DNA of 64,000 nucleotides from Patescibacteria group bacterium UBA6241 (GCA_002441425.1 DJWB01000001.1:15087-79086), one strand, 5' to 3'. Positions 28,524-39,693 are shown, counted from the stretch's first letter. The notes: generated from the letters alone by a model not told the origin. A program made the numbers and translations.

Positions 28524-28991
28524 ATGGCTCGTCCCTCCGTTGGTTCCAAGGCTCCTGACTTCACACTGCTAGACCAAGACGGAGTAGCGCACACACTCTC
28601 TGCGTATCGCGGGTCAACAGTGCTTCTGTATTTCTATCCAAAGGACGATACACCTGGATGCACGAAGGAAGCATGCATGCTCCGTGACTCTTTTCCTAAT
28701 TTCTCTCAGAAGGAGGCGGTTATACTTGGGATTTCTCCAGACTCTGTGAAGAGCCATAAGAAGTTTGCTGAGAAGTATTCGCTCCCGTTCACACTGCTCG
28801 CTGATTCAGAAAAGGAGGTGGTTTCTCTATACGATGTGTGGGGGAAGAAGAAGTTTATGGGACGTGAATATGATGGAGTCTTCCGCACCTCGTTCCTTAT
28901 AAATCCAGAAGGAGATATAGCTAAGGTATACGAGAATGTGCGCCCAGAAGTGCATGCTGCAGAAGTGCTTGAAGATATTTCGCATGGCTGA
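28524..28991 (+). CDS. bcp: Peroxiredoxin Bcp
   Basis: YFYPKDDTPGCTKEAC. Confidence 0.95.
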   Translation: MARPSVGSKAPDFTLLDQDGVAHTLSAYRGSTVLLYFYPKDDTPGCTKEACMLRDSFPNFSQKEAVILGISPDSVKSHKKFAEKYSLPFTLLADSEKEVVSLYDVWGKKKFMGREYDGVFRTSFLINPEGDIAKVYENVRPEVHAAEVLEDISHG

Positions 28992-29664
28992 GCTTTTTGA
29001 AGATCCACATACACAAGAGCGAAGAGATCGTGCACAGAAGATCGTTCAGTATCTGAAACGAACGTATCCAGAACCTAAAACTGAGCTTGCGTACGAAACA
29101 CCATTCCAGCTGGCTGCAGCCGTTATATTGTCTGCGCAGTGCACGGACAAGAAAGTGAATGCAGTAACAGAAACGCTCTGGAAAAAGTATAGAACAGTTG
29201 ACGACTTCGCTGCTGCGTCTATAGCAACCTTTGCAAGAGAGACTGCATCCATAACGTTCCATCAATCAAAGGCAAAATACATTGTGTCTGCTGCACAAAT
29301 GATTCGCGACTCATTCAATGGAGAGGTGCCTCAAACAGAGAAAGAATTAGTACGGCTTCCGGGAGTGGCGTATAAGACTGCACACGTAATTCTTGGCGAA
29401 TTGTTTAGTATTTGGGAAGGTATCCCGACAGATACGCACGTCCGCAGGTTTGCCATACGTTTTGATCTTACTGACCGTATTGAACTTACGAAGATTTCCA
29501 AAGACCTTGAGAACCTCATACCAAAAACAGACTGGAAGTACGTTAATAACGGGTTTGTCTTGTATGGCAGATATGTCTGTCCTGCGCGCCCGCATCCCTG
29601 CGAAGAACACTCTTTGACCAAACTCTGGCCTCCTGCCGCTCATAGATGGCCTAAGGCGAAATAG
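28984..29664 (+). CDS. nth: Endonuclease III with degenerate Fe-S motif
   Basis: ILSAQCTDKKVN, LPGVAYKTA, TDTHV. Confidence 0.92.
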   Translation: MAELFEDPHTQERRDRAQKIVQYLKRTYPEPKTELAYETPFQLAAAVILSAQCTDKKVNAVTETLWKKYRTVDDFAAASIATFARETASITFHQSKAKYIVSAAQMIRDSFNGEVPQTEKELVRLPGVAYKTAHVILGELFSIWEGIPTDTHVRRFAIRFDLTDRIELTKISKDLENLIPKTDWKYVNNGFVLYGRYVCPARPHPCEEHSLTKLWPPAAHRWPKAK

Positions 29665-29678
29665 GGTACCATAGGGGT

Positions 29679-30362
29679 ATGAAGCGCCCTGTTGCAGTAT
29701 TTGATATAGACGGCACTCTGTACCGCTCATGCTTGCTCGCACAGCTTATGGAGGAGCTTGTTTCCCGCGAGCTCATGCCTAAGAGCGCACGTGCGAGTTT
29801 TGAAGGACTGATGTATGAGGATCTACATGCAAGCGACCACGCGCGCCTTATGAAAAAGGCAGTACGAGCTTTTGCATCTCATGCAAAAGGACTTTCATAC
29901 GGAGAGGTTGCTGACGTAGCGGGGGAGATCATTGAACGGGAACAAAAGAATGTCTTCAGATACACGAGGGATCTTGTGCATGAGCTAAAGGCATCTGGAC
30001 ACTTTCTTCTTGCCATTTCGCATTCACCTAAATTTATTGTTGACGGATTTGCGTACGAGCTTGGGTTTGACAAGTCATACGGGATTTTTTATGAGACGGG
30101 GGCAGCTTCTCGGTTTACGGGAGAGATAGAAGACGAACATGTAATTATGAACAAGGCATCAGTACTCACACGTGCACTTGAGAAAGAGGATCTTTCTTTA
30201 AACGGATCTGTAGGTGTGGGCGGATGGGAGAGCGATGTATCTATGCTTGCAATGGTTGAAGACGCTGTTGCGTTTAACCCGGATAGTCGCTTGTATAGGC
30301 ATGCAAAATCCAAGCTCTGGAAGATCATTGTTGAGCGAAAGGATGTCATTCACGAGTTTTGA
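29679..30362 (+). CDS. HAD-IB family hydrolase
   Basis: FDIDGTLY, ISHS, AFNPD. Confidence 0.8.
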   Translation: MKRPVAVFDIDGTLYRSCLLAQLMEELVSRELMPKSARASFEGLMYEDLHASDHARLMKKAVRAFASHAKGLSYGEVADVAGEIIEREQKNVFRYTRDLVHELKASGHFLLAISHSPKFIVDGFAYELGFDKSYGIFYETGAASRFTGEIEDEHVIMNKASVLTRALEKEDLSLNGSVGVGGWESDVSMLAMVEDAVAFNPDSRLYRHAKSKLWKIIVERKDVIHEF

Positions 30363-30374
30363 TATACTACCTCT

Positions 30375-30590
30375 ATGAAAAAACTAACGAGAAGCAGAAC
30401 AGACTGTATGATCGCGGGAGTTCTCGGAGGGGTTGGGGAGTACTTACATGTTGATGGAAACATCGTACGCCTCATTTATCTACTTGTTATGCTCATAACA
30501 GGAATTGTTCCAGGTGTACTCGTCTACATACTTGCGTTCTTCATTCTCCCCGATGCACCAGTTTCAGTGCATGACTCCGCAAAAGTTTAG
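30375..30590 (+). CDS. PspC domain protein
   Basis: KLTRSRTD.MIAGVLGGVGEY..VD..IVRL. Confidence 0.9.
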   Translation: MKKLTRSRTDCMIAGVLGGVGEYLHVDGNIVRLIYLLVMLITGIVPGVLVYILAFFILPDAPVSVHDSAKV

Positions 30591-31380
30591 AACGCTAGTC
30601 TTCGCGCACTACAAACGAGAGGGTAGGCACACCTTGCCCTGGAGACAGACGCAAGATCCGTACAACATTCTGGTCTCAGAAACGATGCTCCAGCAGACAC
30701 AGGTTGAGCGAGTTATTCCGTACTACCTTACATTTATAGAAACTTTTCCAACGGTTACGGACCTTGCAAAAGCTCCTTTATCTGAGGTCCTGCGTCTGTG
30801 GCAGGGACTTGGATATAACCGTCGTGCAAAGTACTTGAGAGACGCTGCTCAAGCAATCGTTGCGCACCATGGAGGAGTATTTCCAGACACTCCTGAAGCA
30901 CTCCAAGCACTCCCAGGCGTAGGACCCTATACGGCGCGTGCTGTATGTGCCTTTTCTTTCAATACAGACGTTGTATGTATTGAGACCAATATTCGTACCG
31001 CAGTTCTGCACCATTTCTTTTGCGACAAAGAGCAGGTATCAGACGCGGAAATCCTCGCGATTCTTGAGAAGGCGTTTCCTAAAGGAAGATCACGTGAATG
31101 GTATGCAGCGCTTATGGATTACGGGGCACACCTTAAACGAACAGGAAAATCCTTGAATACAAAGAGCAAAACGTATACTAAGCAAAAACCCTTTAAGGGA
31201 TCTCTAAGAGAAATACGGGGGAACATATTGCGTACGCTTGCGAATGCTCCGCAAACTAAGAATTCATTGCGTGCACTCTTTCCAGAAGATAGGACGCAAG
31301 AAGTAGACGCAGTGCTAGACGCACTTGTTGCTGAAGGATTGCTCAAAAGAAGCAAAGCAAAATATGCACTCGCTGATTAA
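30571..31380 (+). CDS. mutY: MutY-like A/G adenine glycosylase, short form
   Basis: LPWR, SETMLQQTQV, WQGLGYNRRA, LPGVGPYTA. Confidence 0.9.
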   Translation: MTPQKFRTLVFAHYKREGRHTLPWRQTQDPYNILVSETMLQQTQVERVIPYYLTFIETFPTVTDLAKAPLSEVLRLWQGLGYNRRAKYLRDAAQAIVAHHGGVFPDTPEALQALPGVGPYTARAVCAFSFNTDVVCIETNIRTAVLHHFFCDKEQVSDAEILAILEKAFPKGRSREWYAALMDYGAHLKRTGKSLNTKSKTYTKQKPFKGSLREIRGNILRTLANAPQTKNSLRALFPEDRTQEVDAVLDALVAEGLLKRSKAKYALAD

Positions 31381-32531
31381 CGGATGTCGTGGATCGCAAT
31401 AGCACTCACGACACCAAGGGCAATTATGAGAGCTCCAGAGAGAATGAAGAATATAAGATAGCTGCCAGAGAAGAGCACGAGACTTGCAAAGAGGGGAGCA
31501 AGCAGAGCTGCGAAAGGGCGCGTCATGCGAAAGACACTAATAGTATTCGCGTCTCGCTCGGTAACGCGTCTAAAGAAGTGTCCCTCAATCATGGCCTCAA
31601 CAAGTGCTGCGCCAATACGAGACATAAACAGAATCGCTGCAATAAGGAGAAGAGGAGTTGCAGCAGTTACGAATGCAAGCAGAGAGAAGAAGAATCCCGT
31701 AATAACAAATCCTGCCATAAGGAGTTCTTTGTCTCCAAGCCAGCGGTCTGCAATGTAGCCAGCGGGATATTCAACAAATACAAACGGAAGCAGCATGATT
31801 GCAAATATCCATCCCAGATCGCTCCAGGCAATACCAAGTGCAGTGTGCAAGTACAGGGACGTGTAGAGCGGTGCGAGATGGTAAAAGAACTGAAGCACAG
31901 CGTTTCCAATAGCAGCAGCACGCAAATCCTTATCTGCCCAAATACAGCGGCAGGTAAGTGCAACCTTCGTTGCGTCATGTGGCTTTGGCTCAGGTGCACG
32001 CTCAAAGAGAAACAGTGTTATGAAAGGAGCTAAAAGAATAGCTGCCGCTAGAAATACACGAGAGTAGTTTTCCGTACCGTCTAGCAAAAGCCCGATGGCG
32101 AGTGGCGCAAGCACTAGTGCAAGATTCGCTGCAGTGAGAAACAGGGTGCGTACACGGCCAGTAGTTGCTTCTTCCTGTACCGTTGCTTCAAGCAGCAAAT
32201 CAAGCTGGTACCCAATGAAAGGTGCAATCGCACATGCACTTGCGATAAAGATAATCGCGGGAATGAGTCCTGGACTAACTGCAAGGCTCGCAAGAATAAC
32301 TGCCTCAAGAGAGGTAAGTACAAGGGCAACACGACGAGCTCCAAACCGTGTCGTTATCTTTGGCATTAAAGGGAACAGTGCAAGCGTGAACACTGCACCG
32401 AGTGAGACCACTAGTCCTGTTTGTGCAGCGGGCATGTATAGCGCTAAATACGGCGCAATAATATATACAATCAAAAAGAAATGCCCGGCTGCGAAGAAAT
32501 TGCCGATAGAAAGAACTAAGCGAGGGCTCAT
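31377..32531 (-). CDS. MFS transporter
   Basis: About 12 TM helices, GYIADRWLG. Confidence 0.85.
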   Translation of the reverse strand: MSPRLVLSIGNFFAAGHFFLIVYIIAPYLALYMPAAQTGLVVSLGAVFTLALFPLMPKITTRFGARRVALVLTSLEAVILASLAVSPGLIPAIIFIASACAIAPFIGYQLDLLLEATVQEEATTGRVRTLFLTAANLALVLAPLAIGLLLDGTENYSRVFLAAAILLAPFITLFLFERAPEPKPHDATKVALTCRCIWADKDLRAAAIGNAVLQFFYHLAPLYTSLYLHTALGIAWSDLGWIFAIMLLPFVFVEYPAGYIADRWLGDKELLMAGFVITGFFFSLLAFVTAATPLLLIAAILFMSRIGAALVEAMIEGHFFRRVTERDANTISVFRMTRPFAALLAPLFASLVLFSGSYLIFFILSGALIIALGVVSAIAIHDIR

Positions 32532-32609
32532 GATAAAAGATTGTAGCACCCCTAAACAACAAACTGCCGCATTGCTGCGGCAGTTTGTTTGCTTCAAGAA
32601 TCTGTTTTC

Positions 32610-34541
32610 CTAAACTCCGATGAGAACAGGAATAACCATAGGCGCCTTGTTGGTTCTCGTGAAGAGATATCCGGCCATGGTGTCTGAGAGTGCGTTCTTT
32701 ACGTAATCCAGATCAACCGGGTTCATACCTTCAGTTGAATCCTCAACCGTCTTCTTAATCAAAAGACGAGCCTGGTTAAGCATTTCCTGATTCTCACGAA
32801 GATATACGAATCCGCGAGAGATAATATCTGGAGACTTGCGAAGCTTTCCTGTCTTAAGGTTAACGGTTGCGATGATAACAAACATACCGTCCTTGGCGAG
32901 CATCTGGCGGTCACGAATAACCACCTCCTGCAGGTCGCCAATAGAGAATCCGTCCACTACAAGTGGTGCTGAAGGCACCTTCTGCTTGTGGTAGTTAAGC
33001 TTCTCTCCACCTTCCTCAATATCAATAACCATACCGTTATCGGCAAGGATGATTGATTCGCGAGGGCGTCCTGCTTGCTCAACTGCACGCGCATGACTTG
33101 CAGTCATTGAGTAGTAGCCGTAGGCAGGCATGAAGTACTTAGCGCCAACTTGCTGGTTAATCCAAATCAGCTCGCCAGTGTTTCCGTGTCCTGTTGAGTG
33201 CACGTCACTTGAGCGGTAGTGAATGAGGGTTACACCGTTGCGGTACAAGTTGTCCTTTAGCTTCTGCACTGAGATTTCGTTCCCAGGAATAACAGAAGAG
33301 GAAAGCACGATAGTATCGCGGTTGTTCAGCACAATGCTTTTGTGCTGCTTGGTTGCAATACGCATAAGCGCAGCAAACTCTTCTCCCTGAGCTCCGGTTG
33401 AGAGAATAACAATTTTGTCTGGAGGATAATCTCCAATCTCCTGAGAGCTGATGATCGTGTCCTTCTTAACAGTAAGAAGTCCTGTCTTCTGTGCAATCTC
33501 AAGGTTGGTCTTAATAGATCGTCCTTCAGTGATTACTTTCTTTCCTAGTGACTCAGAGATCTCAATGATGCGTACCATGCGCTCAAACTGAGACGCGAAG
33601 GTTCCGATAATGAGTCGCCCCTTAACGGTACGAATAATCTCTTCAAGAGTCTCATGCACTTTGCGCTCAGGCACTGAGAATCCGTCACGTTCAGCGTTAG
33701 TTGAGTCTGCAATGAAGAGCAAGTTCTTTTGCTTTCCAAGTGCTCCCCATTTCTTTGCTTCAGTTTCGGTTGGAATACCGTTCTCATGGTCAAGCTTAAG
33801 GTCTCCTGTTGCAATAACGTTTCCGTATGGTGTCTCAATCGCAATACCCATTGAGTCTGGGATTGAGTGTGTAACCGGGAAGAACTGCACTTTTGTGGAG
33901 CCAATAGTCATGGTTGATCCAGGCTCAACAGTCACAATATTTAGTTCTGGTTGATCAGGATATTCTTCCTGTCGCTTCTTGATCATCACTGCAGAAAGGT
34001 TCTGCGTGTAGATGGTCGGATTACCCATACGATTCATAAGGAAGGGAATACCTCCAATATGGTCTAGGTGTCCGTGTGTGATGAATACTCCGCGAATGCG
34101 GTCTTGGTTCATCTCAAGGTAGCGGGTGTTTGGAAGGACGTAATCAACGCCAGGAGAGGTGTCCTCAGACACAAACTGGAATCCAACGTCAAAGACAAAG
34201 ATGTCGCCATTGGTTTCAATGGTGAACATGTTGCGTCCAACCTCTTCAACTCCTCCAAGAGGAACAACACGGACCACGTCCTTTCCAGGAGCCTCAGGGA
34301 AGTAATCCGGAGCCTTCTTAACAGGAGCAGGATGATTCCCGGTCTGTGGACCGCCTGGGCGGCGCATAGTGCGCTTGGCTGGTCGTCCGCTGCGAGGAGC
34401 CCCTCCTTCTTTTCCTCGTGTACGAGGACGTTGAGGGCGGGCACCATCAGTGCGTCCCTCTGTGCGAGGAGCGGCACTTGGTGCAGAGTGCGCTGCGCGG
34501 CCGTGTGGGGCAGGCGCCGGCGCTGGTGCGGGTGCTGACAT
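32610..34541 (-). CDS. rnj: Ribonuclease J with Pro/Arg-rich N-terminal extension
   Basis: LGGVEEVGRN, THGHLDHIG, HSIPD, DSTN, HSTGH. Confidence 0.96.
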   Translation of the reverse strand: MSAPAPAPAPAPHGRAAHSAPSAAPRTEGRTDGARPQRPRTRGKEGGAPRSGRPAKRTMRRPGGPQTGNHPAPVKKAPDYFPEAPGKDVVRVVPLGGVEEVGRNMFTIETNGDIFVFDVGFQFVSEDTSPGVDYVLPNTRYLEMNQDRIRGVFITHGHLDHIGGIPFLMNRMGNPTIYTQNLSAVMIKKRQEEYPDQPELNIVTVEPGSTMTIGSTKVQFFPVTHSIPDSMGIAIETPYGNVIATGDLKLDHENGIPTETEAKKWGALGKQKNLLFIADSTNAERDGFSVPERKVHETLEEIIRTVKGRLIIGTFASQFERMVRIIEISESLGKKVITEGRSIKTNLEIAQKTGLLTVKKDTIISSQEIGDYPPDKIVILSTGAQGEEFAALMRIATKQHKSIVLNNRDTIVLSSSVIPGNEISVQKLKDNLYRNGVTLIHYRSSDVHSTGHGNTGELIWINQQVGAKYFMPAYGYYSMTASHARAVEQAGRPRESIILADNGMVIDIEEGGEKLNYHKQKVPSAPLVVDGFSIGDLQEVVIRDRQMLAKDGMFVIIATVNLKTGKLRKSPDIISRGFVYLRENQEMLNQARLLIKKTVEDSTEGMNPVDLDYVKNALSDTMAGYLFTRTNKAPMVIPVLIGV

Positions 34542-34652
34542 AGCAATAATAATTAATTTTAAATAATAAACATTAGATGCACACCGTGTTTTGGTGTCAG
34601 TGCGCAGTAGATAATCGGGAGAACGGAATTCTCTAAACTATCAACTGAGCAC

Positions 34653-36368
34653 TCACTGAGAAACAAGAAATGGCCACACGAGTTCGCTTCGGCGGTACCA
34701 CGTATGGACAGCAGCGAAACGGTCTGCGGGTGCGGTTATCTGTACAAGACGGATACCCTGCACGCTTTGAGGCACAGCATACAGGAAGTCAGGGGCATGC
34801 GTAAAGGCCGCTGGGTATTCGCTTGCTATAAGATCTGATAGTTTCTGCAGATCTGCTCGCGCAATCTCTGGATTTAGCTCAACGCGAGCACTCTCAAGCA
34901 ACGTATCAACGCTGCGGTTCGCATACCCTGCGATGTTAAGACCAGGATCGCTGCGCTCTCCTGAATCCCAGAACGCAAAGAGGTCCTGGTCTCTGCCGAT
35001 AACCATGCCAAAGAGAAGTACTTCGTATGCACGTGGGCGAATAACAGATGAAGTAAGATCTCCTGGCTCGTACAATTCAATCTCTGTATTTACTCCGAGA
35101 CGCTCCCAGTCACTTTCAATGCTTGCAGCAACTGCCTTAAGCTCAGGAACATTTGAGGTCTTAAGCGTTACGCTCTCAAGTGTGAGTTTCTCCTTGGTAT
35201 TCTCCCAGACTCCTGTTTCTGAATCCTGCTCCCAACCATTCTCTTCAAGAAGCTCTGTTGCAAGCAATACACCGTCTTCAACCGGAATCTCAGGCTGCGT
35301 AATGCCGCTGCCGGGAGGGACCGGACCAAAGAGCGGAGTTGCGTTTCCTCCGAGTGCGGAATCAACAAGTGTTTTGCGATCAATGGCGAGTGAGAGCGCT
35401 TCACGCACTTCAATCTGAGCAAACACTGGATTTTCATCTGCATTAAAGAACGCACCAAATACACGAGAGTAGGGAACACGAAGTGCACCCGGAGTGTTTA
35501 TGCCGTACGCACTTTCAACAACTCCTCTGCGGTATGCACTTGCGAGTGCTTCTGTGCTGTCGTAAAAGCGTAGCAAGATACGATCTAGGTACGGGCGCCC
35601 AAGTGCGTATTTAGAAAACGCACGGAGTTCGTAACTTGTAATAGTGCCTTTCTTTCCGCGTGTCACATTCACCACCTGGAAAGGACCTGCACCAACAGGC
35701 TCCGTCATGAGGGGAGAGAAGGGGAACTCCTCAACAGGAATGTTTCTCCACAAATGAGCAGGAAGAACTCCGAGTGTTGTGTCTACGAGGAAGGGTGCGT
35801 ACGGCTTCGGAAGCAAGAAGCGTACGGTACGCGCGTCCACAATCTCTGCCTTAATGTTTGCCCAGTTCGCAAGCTCAGGACTCTTAAGTGTGGGATCCTG
35901 TGCTTTCTCAACCGTAAAGACAACGTCTTCTGCAGTAACGGGTGTGTTGTCAGAGAAGCGCGCATTAGAGCGGAGTGTGAAAAGGTATTCCTTTCCGTCT
36001 TCAGAAACACTGTAGCTCTCTGCAAGTACGGGGATCAGTGTCCCATCTGGTGCAACTCCCATAAGGCCTGCGTAGGTGAGTGCAGTAAGATCGCGGTCTG
36101 CATCAGTGAGTGCGAGAAGGGGATTCACAAAACGAGGTGAGCCAACAATACCCTCAGTTAGGCTTCCTCCTCGTGCGGGGACTTCAACTAACAGAGAGCG
36201 CTCAAGTGCGTACAACCCAAGAAGACTTGAAGCTAATACAAAGATTCCCAAGATGCTTACGATGAGCTTGTCTCCGTAGGAAAGGGAACGGATATGTGCT
36301 GAAAGCGCCTCAAGCCAAGGGATAGGCTGGCGAGTACGCAACAGGGTAAAGAGGGAAGAAAGTCGCAT
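34653..36368 (-). CDS. Peptide ABC transporter substrate-binding protein (family 5)
   Basis: LAESYSVSEDG..Y.F.LR..F.D..PVTAEDVVFT, PVGAGPF. Confidence 0.9.
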   Translation of the reverse strand: MRLSSLFTLLRTRQPIPWLEALSAHIRSLSYGDKLIVSILGIFVLASSLLGLYALERSLLVEVPARGGSLTEGIVGSPRFVNPLLALTDADRDLTALTYAGLMGVAPDGTLIPVLAESYSVSEDGKEYLFTLRSNARFSDNTPVTAEDVVFTVEKAQDPTLKSPELANWANIKAEIVDARTVRFLLPKPYAPFLVDTTLGVLPAHLWRNIPVEEFPFSPLMTEPVGAGPFQVVNVTRGKKGTITSYELRAFSKYALGRPYLDRILLRFYDSTEALASAYRRGVVESAYGINTPGALRVPYSRVFGAFFNADENPVFAQIEVREALSLAIDRKTLVDSALGGNATPLFGPVPPGSGITQPEIPVEDGVLLATELLEENGWEQDSETGVWENTKEKLTLESVTLKTSNVPELKAVAASIESDWERLGVNTEIELYEPGDLTSSVIRPRAYEVLLFGMVIGRDQDLFAFWDSGERSDPGLNIAGYANRSVDTLLESARVELNPEIARADLQKLSDLIASEYPAAFTHAPDFLYAVPQSVQGIRLVQITAPADRFAAVHTWYRRSELVWPFLVSQ

Positions 36369-36390
36369 ACGCGACGAAAGGGTCTAAAGG

Positions 36391-36621
36391 TTAGACAAAG
36401 AGTCCGGCAATAGCCGCAAGCACAAATAGCACTGCAAGCACAATGGTGGCATTAAAGAGAAACTTCTCAGCGCCACGACGCTTGTAAAACGTTGAGGCAA
36501 AGTTGTCGCCACCAAAAGCTCCTCCAAGGGAAGCGCCGCGATTTTGCAGCACGATACCTGTTATGAGTAGCAAGGCGAGTGCTATTTGGATGTAGGGCAG
36601 ATATGCCAAAAGAGTCTCCAT
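36391..36621 (-). CDS. secG: Preprotein translocase subunit SecG
   Basis: IVLQ..GASLGGAFGG, RRGAEKFLF. Confidence 0.93.
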   Translation of the reverse strand: METLLAYLPYIQIALALLLITGIVLQNRGASLGGAFGGDNFASTFYKRRGAEKFLFNATIVLAVLFVLAAIAGLFV

Positions 36622-36711
36622 CGGTGCCTTGGAGAATAGCATGTGGACGGGTACTGGGCAATGGACTTCTGTATAATTTGTTTAGGAAACAAAAGGAGAC
36701 TTGAGTCAAGT

Positions 36712-36747
36712 TTGACGCTATATGCTCGCGCTCTATACTGTGGATAA
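36712..36747 (+). promoter_or_regulatory. groESL promoter with overlapping DnaA box
   Basis: TTGACG-16-TATACT; TGTGGATAA at 36739-36747. Confidence 0.6.
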
Positions 36748-36820
36748 CTTTGGGCGAGGGAACTCGCACCAAGTGAATGGGTGTTTTGTTAACAGAACCG
36801 CATAAGCGAATACTTTTCCT

Positions 36821-38801
<1,981 letters not shown>

Positions 38802-38816
38802 GAAACACACAGGCAA

Positions 38817-38854
38817 GAAAAAACGCCCTGGTCCGAATGTGGACTGGGGCGTTT
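38817..38854. terminator. Bidirectional terminator between groEL and the small orphan gene
   Basis: AAACGCCCTGGTCC..GGACTGGGGCGTTT. Confidence 0.85.
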
Positions 38855-38876
38855 GTGATTTGGTGTTGGGGTGCGA

Positions 38877-39035
38877 CTACTTGTTGTTGCTCTTGGTGCT
38901 GTCTATGTGCCGCACGAAAGCTTCCAGGACTCCGATCGCAATCACGATCGCAAACGCTATGTAGCAGATCGCAGGGACAGCTGCCAGCACCATGTCAGCC
39001 AGGTGGTCGGTAACCCCGTCCAAATTAATGTGCAT
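38877..39035 (-). CDS. GC-rich 52-aa single-TM orphan peptide
   Basis: MHINLDGVTDHLADMVLAAVPAICYIAFAIVIAIGVLEAFVRHIDSTKSNNK; SD GAGGAGGAG 6 nt before ATG. Confidence 0.75.
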   Translation of the reverse strand: MHINLDGVTDHLADMVLAAVPAICYIAFAIVIAIGVLEAFVRHIDSTKSNNK

Positions 39036-39127
39036 GTTCCGCTCCTCCTCGCTCAAGACCCTACACCCAACCATAGGGTTCTGTAAACCGCTTGCATACA
39101 TTTTGTAGCGCTCTACAATGTAGGTAT

Positions 39128-39688
39128 ATGACTATTCTTTATATTGTATTAGGGCTTCTCGTACTCATCGTGCTCTGGGTAGTAGTTTCCTATAACGGAT
39201 TTATTAGCCTACGCAATCGCGCGAAGGAAGCATGGTCTGATATTGAGGTTCAGATGAAAAGGCGCTATGACCTTATCCCTAACCTTATTGAAACAGTTAA
39301 GGGATATGCAACGCATGAGAGCGGAACATTGCAACAGGTAACTGAGGCAAGAACTGCTGCTATGAATGCAGGGACAGTAGAGCAGCATGCTGCTGCTGAG
39401 AATATGCTCACCGGAGCACTTAAGTCTCTCTTTGCAGTGTCTGAAAGCTATCCAGACCTTAAGGCAAATACAAACTTCTTGGAGCTACAGCGCGAGCTCT
39501 CTGACACCGAGAACAAGATCATGGCTTCACGCCGCTTCTACAACACTACGGTGCAGACCCTTAACACTGCGATTGAGCAGTTCCCGGGGAATGTTATTGC
39601 CGGCATGTTTGCCTTTAAGCAGATGAGTTTGTTTGAACTCACTGAGGGAGAGGAGGCTGCACGCGAGCCCGTTAAAGTTGCCTTCTAA
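39128..39688 (+). CDS. lemA: LemA family protein
   Basis: WSDIEVQMKRRYDLIPNL, ESYPDLKAN, RRFYN, FP.N. Confidence 0.96.
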   Translation: MTILYIVLGLLVLIVLWVVVSYNGFISLRNRAKEAWSDIEVQMKRRYDLIPNLIETVKGYATHESGTLQQVTEARTAAMNAGTVEQHAAAENMLTGALKSLFAVSESYPDLKANTNFLELQRELSDTENKIMASRRFYNTTVQTLNTAIEQFPGNVIAGMFAFKQMSLFELTEGEEAAREPVKVAF

Positions 39689-39693
39689 AACTC

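Noticed and set aside
36762-36788. CIRCE-like GCACC..GGTGT upstream of groES
   Set aside because: Spacing and arms do not fit TTAGCACTC-N9-GAGTGCTAA
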